From NCBI GenBank assembly GCA_043771335.1, contig JAYVHM010000005.1, forward strand, positions 1 through 49,340: a DNA stretch of 49,340 nucleotides. Direction: 5' to 3'. The notes beneath the pieces are model-generated. The model did not search any database. It saw nothing but the letters and a program-made list of their open reading frames with translations, and had not been told where the DNA came from. Source of the stretch: a bacterium (GTDB taxonomy: Bacteria > Patescibacteriota > Minisyncoccia > Phycocordibacterales > UBA5272). Shown in pieces: positions 45,601 through 49,340 of the stretch. How positions within the stretch are numbered: position 1 is the first letter of the stretch; every line of letters starts with the position of its first letter. The position numbers and the translations under genes were made by a program.

Positions 45601-48600
45601 CAAAACCTCCACCTCCATTTGGTGCTGTCGGTATACTAGCTCCTGACTGTGCAGTAAAAGTCTGTGTAGCTGGATCGTAAAGTGCAGCATTAGCAGCTGG
45701 GGTATTAAGAGACGCGATGATTATAAAAGTTTTATTTGGTCTAACAATAACTATTGTACCTTCATTTGTCTGAGCTTGAGGAAGATTTGGATGTGCGGCA
45801 GAGACGAGCCCCATATAGTAACCATTTGTACCTGCAACTGTAGTTGGTGTGATGCGACCATATGGAAGCTGTAGTCCAGCAGCACTAGGCTCGACACGAG
45901 TCATAGTAGGTCCTGAAGTTTCTGTCTGAGCACCGTTAAGAGCAGCGTTAGGAAGTCCAAAGTCAGCAGCAGAGCGATGTAATGCCACAGAGTTATCAAT
46001 AGAGTAATCAAACACTGCAGGAGTCTGATAGTCTAGTCTATTTACAGAGCTACCGTTACCAGTCCATGTACCACGCTCATCTACTATTCTCTTTGGTATT
46101 GGTCTGTTAAATTGTATCTTTACTTTTATTGCCTGGTCAGTACTACTTGCTCCAACAAGACTTCCAGAAGAGCTGATCTCTCTATCTGTAGCATAAGCTA
46201 GAGCTGCTGTACTTGTACCAGTACGCACTAGGAATTGAAGAGTTGAGAAGGCTGAGTTAATAGTGCTGTTTGTTCCAACATATGGAGTTTCAAATTGCGC
46301 TGTCCATTTGAATACTGAGCGAGCGTTCAGTGCTGTGCTTGCTATATCTTCTGAAGTATATAAAGCAGTTGTTCCTGTCATAGTTAGACCAGTATCATAT
46401 TTGTTTGAGGCTGTACCTCCTCCTACGAATACTTGCCATGTACCATCATAATTCATAAGCGAGAACGCTCCTGTAGTTATTGCAGTAGTGGCTGTGCCTT
46501 GTGCAGTATAAGTATTATTAACGGAATCATAGACGTAAGAAGCTGTGGATCCACCACCCACAACAATCAAGAAGTTTCCATTTTGTAATGGTATAGCGTG
46601 CGCTCCATCACCAAGTGCTGTTGCTGGTCCGTTACTGGTTGAACATGTGAAAGTGTTTGCTAATGGGTCATAGATAGTAGAAGCATTCACTTTTGAGAGT
46701 ACTACATATTTACCATCTTGTTTTTTGAGTGCTACTGACCCTGCACCATTGATTTCACAGCCTGTACCCATAGTAGGCCCTGCTGAGAAGACTCCAATAT
46801 TTCCCGTACCAGACCCTTGATTATAAAGTTGAGTATTTCCTGTTGCGCCTCCGACGACCATTAGAGCTTGTCCATCTGGTCTTTGTAAAACCAGCGCTCC
46901 AGCTGCAGAAACACCAGCCGTCATAGAAGGTCCTGTTGCAAAGGTGTTTGCTACTGTATCATATATCTGTGTAGTACCCGCTCCACCATTTGTAAATAAG
47001 AATCTACCATCAAAACGCTTAAATGCTACAGTACCAGCACCAGACGCAGTAACTGCAGGTCCTGCTGCAGCTGCAAGAGATCCTTGTGGATCTATAAGGG
47101 TAGTAGTAGTCAAAGCTCCTCCGTGTATCACTAGGTATCTTCCGTCTGGTCTTGGCAATGCTAGTGCTCCTGCTCCAGCCACTCCAGTTAATACTTGAGC
47201 TGAGGCACTAGTGGTTGCAGCTACTGAGTTGTATATATCCATACCTGTTCCTGCTCCTCCACGAATAATGAGATACATGCCGTCAGCGCGTGTGATACCA
47301 AAGGCTCCTGCACCGAGCGCTGCTGAAGTTGTAACTTGTCCTGCAGTAGTGATCGTACCTTTACCAGAGTTTGGTACTGTGCCATCTGACAATTCTAGGC
47401 GACCATTTAGATTTGTTAAACTTGCTCCAACAGTTCCAAGAGAAAATTCAGGAGTTGATGTCCTCACGATAGACGAGTCAGCTCCATTGATGGTTAGTCC
47501 ACCGTTGTTAGCTACAATAAATTTATCAAGTCCGGATTGTTGTAGTTGTAATAGATTTCCTGAGCCTGTTTGATTTACTCTAATGCCTGAGTTAGCAGAG
47601 TTTGCCACGTCAGCAGAAGTAGGCGCAAGAGATACACCGCCGCCAGCTCCACCAGAAATAGTACTCCAATACATTCCTCCTGCACCGTCGGTAGTAAGAG
47701 CTTGCCCACTTGTACCATTTGTACCAGGGAGAGTAAATGTTAAGTTTGAGGCCTGAGTAGACGAAGATTTTAAATATGTGGCAAAAGAATTAATAGCATT
47801 TTGGAATGCTAATACACCAGCTTGTGAAGAAGCTGCACCCAAAGTAGTAGTGCCAGTTACTAATGCAGTACCTGCAACAGTTAAAGAAGACCCTGGTGTA
47901 GTAGTTCCGATTCCTAACCTATTATTAATACTGTCCCAGAAGAAATTTGAAGCACTTTCTTTAATAAAACCATCACTTCCGCCAAAAGCTACAGCACCTG
48001 TCGTATAGGCACCAAAGCGTGAACGTTGGGCAGAAATAAATATATTTCCAGACGCTCCTACTTTTGACACTTGTGCTATCGGATTTGTGAAGTTAGGCTG
48101 GCTTGGACGAGTGGAAGTCAGCGCTCCTGCGGTAGCGGCCGAAACATAGAGCGTGGCACCAGCTGCGAACGCAGACGTGTCATATACATGGATAACCCCA
48201 AAAGCAGTTACATAACCATTTGCATTGTTGGCTATGCTTTGAGTGGTAACGCCGACAGCATCACTGGTGGTGATAGAGTCTGCTTTGGCTAGAGCAATAG
48301 TTGGAAGTCCGGTCGTTCCATCCGCACCGTTAATATAGACAGCAGAACCGTTTGCGATAGTACTTCCTGTGATATTGCGTACGCGAATCCAATTTTCCTG
48401 ACCCAGATTCATGGTTACATTACTGTCATCGTTAAATAAAGAAAGTGCTTTTTCTGTATTGTCATAAAACAGGCGCCCTTCGGAATACGTAGGCTTGGTG
48501 CCTGTTGAAGAAAAATTAAGATAGGAAGCAGAAGAGCCGGAAACTGATAAGCCAATACTGCCAACCACTTGTAGAGCTTCTGCAGGTGTAGTCGTTCCGA

Positions 48601-49340
48601 TTCCCAGCCTATTATTCGTATTGTCCCAGAACAGCTGTGTGTTGTTTTGAGTAAGAACACCTGATGTTCCGATGAATGGCACAGATCCTTGAGTTAAAGA
48701 TGAGAAGGTTGGATTTGTAGAAAAAGTCTTAGACCCAGCAAATGTTTGTATACCTGTTGTCACAACTCCACGAGCAGAAACCGAAGCATCAGGTAAAGCA
48801 AAGGTATGCACTCCTCCTGATGTGGTAATAGAAAAGTCTGTACCAGATGTTGTGCTTGCAAATGTTTGAGTAGAGGCAACTGAACCATTTAATGAAGTTA
48901 AACCAGATCCTCCAGAACCACCAATACAAGATCCGTTAATAGCGAAACATCCTGCTCCTGTCAAAAGATTCAGTCCTCCGTTAAATGTAGATGTTCCAGT
49001 TCCAAGTAAGCTGAGTGTTCCAGTTGCAATAACGTTACCAGCAACGGAAAGCATCTCAGTTGGAGTCGATGTTCCTACGCCTAGGAATCCAGAAGTAGTT
49101 AGTCTTGTAGTTGTTGTAGTGGCTAAAGTAGAATTACCTGCAACAGCCAAAGTTCCATTAGATACTAATGATGAAGTGGCTGTAATATTTCCTCCAGTTA
49201 ACGTGTTGAAAGTTGCAGTGATGGCATTTATTAAGCTGGTGAAGAAGTTAGACGAGGTGGCGTTAGTGTTAATTAAGTTAGTGAGTGTAGCATTAGAAGA
49301 GTAAAGATTGCTTATCGTTCCAGAAGAGATAGATAGATTA
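42635..49340 (-). CDS. Giant Thr/Gly/Ser/Ala-rich surface protein (at least 2,235 aa; N-terminus beyond the window end) with tail-fibre-like repeats and two Kelch-like beta-propellers
   Basis: The track start at 49150 is a TTG inside an open frame. My minus-strand translation of 49151-49340 has no stop: NLSISSGTISNLYSSNATLTNLINTNATSSNFFTSLINAITATFNTLTGGNITATSSLVSNGT, then LAVAGN. See the repeat features and findings for domain evidence. Confidence 0.88.
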   Translation of the reverse strand, partial: NLSISSGTISNLYSSNATLTNLINTNATSSNFFTSLINAITATFNTLTGGNITATSSLVSNGTLAVAGNSTLATTTTTRLTTSGFLGVGTSTPTEMLSVAGNVIATGTLSLLGTGTSTFNGGLNLLTGAGCFAINGSCIGGSGGSGLTSLNGSVASTQTFASTTSGTDFSITTSGGVHTFALPDASVSARGVVTTGIQTFAGSKTFSTNPTFSSLTQGSVPFIGTSGVLTQNNTQLFWDNTNNRLGIGTTTPAEALQVVGSIGLSVSGSSASYLNFSSTGTKPTYSEGRLFYDNTEKALSLFNDDSNVTMNLGQENWIRVRNITGSTIANGSAVYINGADGTTGLPTIALAKADSITTSDAVGVTTQSIANNANGYVTAFGVIHVYDTSAFAAGATLYVSAATAGALTSTRPSQPNFTNPIAQVSKVGASGNIFISAQRSRFGAYTTGAVAFGGSDGFIKESASNFFWDSINNRLGIGTTTPGSSLTVAGTALVTGTTTLGAASSQAGVLAFQNAINSFATYLKSSSTQASNLTFTLPGTNGTSGQALTTDGAGGMYWSTISGGAGGGVSLAPTSADVANSANSGIRVNQTGSGNLLQLQQSGLDKFIVANNGGLTINGADSSIVRTSTPEFSLGTVGASLTNLNGRLELSDGTVPNSGKGTITTAGQVTTSAALGAGAFGITRADGMYLIIRGGAGTGMDIYNSVAATTSASAQVLTGVAGAGALALPRPDGRYLVIHGGALTTTTLIDPQGSLAAAAGPAVTASGAGTVAFKRFDGRFLFTNGGAGTTQIYDTVANTFATGPSMTAGVSAAGALVLQRPDGQALMVVGGATGNTQLYNQGSGTGNIGVFSAGPTMGTGCEINGAGSVALKKQDGKYVVLSKVNASTIYDPLANTFTCSTSNGPATALGDGAHAIPLQNGNFLIVVGGGSTASYVYDSVNNTYTAQGTATTAITTGAFSLMNYDGTWQVFVGGGTASNKYDTGLTMTGTTALYTSEDIASTALNARSVFKWTAQFETPYVGTNSTINSAFSTLQFLVRTGTSTAALAYATDREISSSGSLVGASSTDQAIKVKIQFNRPIPKRIVDERGTWTGNGSSVNRLDYQTPAVFDYSIDNSVALHRSAADFGLPNAALNGAQTETSGPTMTRVEPSAAGLQLPYGRITPTTVAGTNGYYMGLVSAAHPNLPQAQTNEGTIVIVRPNKTFIIIASLNTPAANAALYDPATQTFTAQSGASIPTAPNGGGGFALKRPDGKFLVVMGSSTAVTNIYNADTNTFSAGPILSGVAALGASAIPNTDGTFTIVHGGALTTSSLYDPVRNTMIAGPVLTTAANCGFFAIPLQNGTYKTSVGVAPGVAGATTAMVYNPAAKSFSAGTAFTTAHGCGAFAFQKSDGQWLSITAQSGAAGIPANSTNIINAVNGTTIAGPALSAVASRGAHMIPRADGTFLIIHASSSVTLSTIYDPNGSTFAVGTQLGSTVSGPSTLIGQGVGAISFQRPDGKWVMINGSSTASVLTYDAGWYAEGQYLSEQMNVPALAANSTLEWKQAPDNFVRMEIRASTTQSGLSSTGYNTIGISGSSINNAGGETWVQVVVNFRRDFPTFGGALSGVYNTGGGMVYPYRTISLPTVSEYKVNNGMDLLTLQDNGLNVMRVTTSGNVYTGASGGFYSGGADLAERYTSTDYLEAGDVVVSDYMNNHGVKKSTGAYQEGMLGVVSTAPGFIAGAFTEDSYPIGLVGRVPVKVSTENGPVRAGDYLTSASIPGYAMKATYAGRVIGKAMEDLTEGNMKVCPGVAAGLRENVKCGVVMMFVNLVDYKGGSIQVAMDEWSSNHSDTTALYNETGLSVAGVEGYGVTANGATSTLGFNSIATTHDTEVLAFLKKIKEENEANLNGQSDIFAQNVHVISEVIAPKIITDILAAREAHITNIEGFRISAEVIIAKKVVTDALVSTTGDIGFRFTADGRMVMFSKSTSTVATATSTDEFASSTDNIASTTATTTEVSIFGPDEVIAFDMKGNAFFAGEIVAKEVKTESLSVSGQAVLRGGLLVNTIGTDNSVLALLGDVEFFGRPYFNHDMGGTAIIKKGAKSVEIIFDKEYIESPSVVASISFSDEATSTLEIRELAAFDESLKFIVTKRNTKGFTILLNKAPNEDITFMWMALAIKDAKVFTSLEVATSTAENINTFTTEGDTSTTTESNITSTTTDEIIPDINTTTDTTSSTTENNTTNTPSEIPVNGQ
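44780..45765 (-). repeat. Kelch-like repeat array 2 (7 blades) within the giant protein
   Basis: IVRPNKTFIIIAS, LKRPDGKFLVVMG, IPNTDGTFTIVHGG, IPLQNGTYKTSVG, FQKSDGQWLSITA, IPRADGTFLIIHA and FQRPDGKWVMING, each followed by (I/L)Y(D/N)....(T/S)F..G. Confidence 0.55.
46385..47350 (-). repeat. Kelch-like repeat array 1 (7 blades of ~45 aa) within the giant protein
   Basis: Seven recurrences of the pattern h-x-R/K-x-DG-x-h-h-h-h-GG....YD....NT(F/Y): ITRADGMYLIIRGG, LPRPDGRYLVIHGG, FKRFDGRFLFTNGG, LQRPDGQALMVVGG, LKKQDGKYVVLSK, IPLQNGNFLIVVGG, LMNYDGTWQVFVGG. Confidence 0.55.

Noticed and set aside
49148-49150. The track's start codon for the giant protein
   Set aside because: It is a TTG, and the frame upstream is open all the way to 49340 and continues the same Thr/Ser/Asn-rich sequence style. 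The true start is outside the window.
42666-49304. About a dozen 60-154-aa plus-strand ORFs inside the giant gene, including 49119-49304
   Set aside because: All are antisense to a continuous ORF of more than 2,235 aa with strong repeat structure. Their translations are low-complexity Val/Ser/Ala/Pro strings typical of the reverse frames of G/A/T/S-rich genes.

Overview
This is an AT-rich, gene-dense bacterial window, about 90% coding, with short intergenic gaps that often hold one GC-rich bidirectional terminator hairpin. The content suggests a small-genome Patescibacteria/CPR-like organism, but that is inference: there is no room for rpmD (L30) between rpsE and rplO, S14 is the zinc type, there are many cell-wall enzymes, and there is a giant surface protein. 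Housekeeping genes I can support:
- A rearranged ribosomal-protein block: rplJ-rplL-rpsL-rpsG, a terminator, two orphan genes, a terminator, then rpsN-rpsH-rplF-rplR-rpsE-rplO.
- smpB and a tmRNA (ssrA).
- infC-rpmI-rplT, gyrB, murD, a class A PBP, tatD, uppP, xerC/D, hfq, pyrG, xth, an rpe-like gene, and a 5'-partial UvrD/PcrA helicase that the ORF track misses.
- Envelope enzymes: LysM-M23 peptidase, YkuD L,D-transpeptidase, VanY/M15 peptidase, an M50 protease, a metzincin, a CAP-domain lipoprotein and a class-A beta-lactamase-fold protein.

I found no CRISPR array, tRNA, rRNA or transposase. The candidates for something new, in rough order of interest:
1. A giant surface protein of more than 2,235 aa that runs off the window end. 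It has two seven-bladed Kelch-like propellers and tail-fibre-like repeats. An operon follows it, with three paralogous membrane-anchored small proteins and a beta-lactamase-fold protein.
2. Two different SLOG/LOG-fold proteins next to a divergent tandem pair of orphan paralogs.
3. A terminator-bounded two-gene orphan cassette that splits the ribosomal-protein clusters.
4. A three-gene operon of very large coiled-coil proteins, transcribed divergently from the LysM-M23 peptidase.
5. A proteobacterial-type hfq sitting in a GC-elevated patch that begins inside xerC, consistent with horizontal acquisition.

Every functional assignment comes from motif and sequence recognition by eye. No database search was run.
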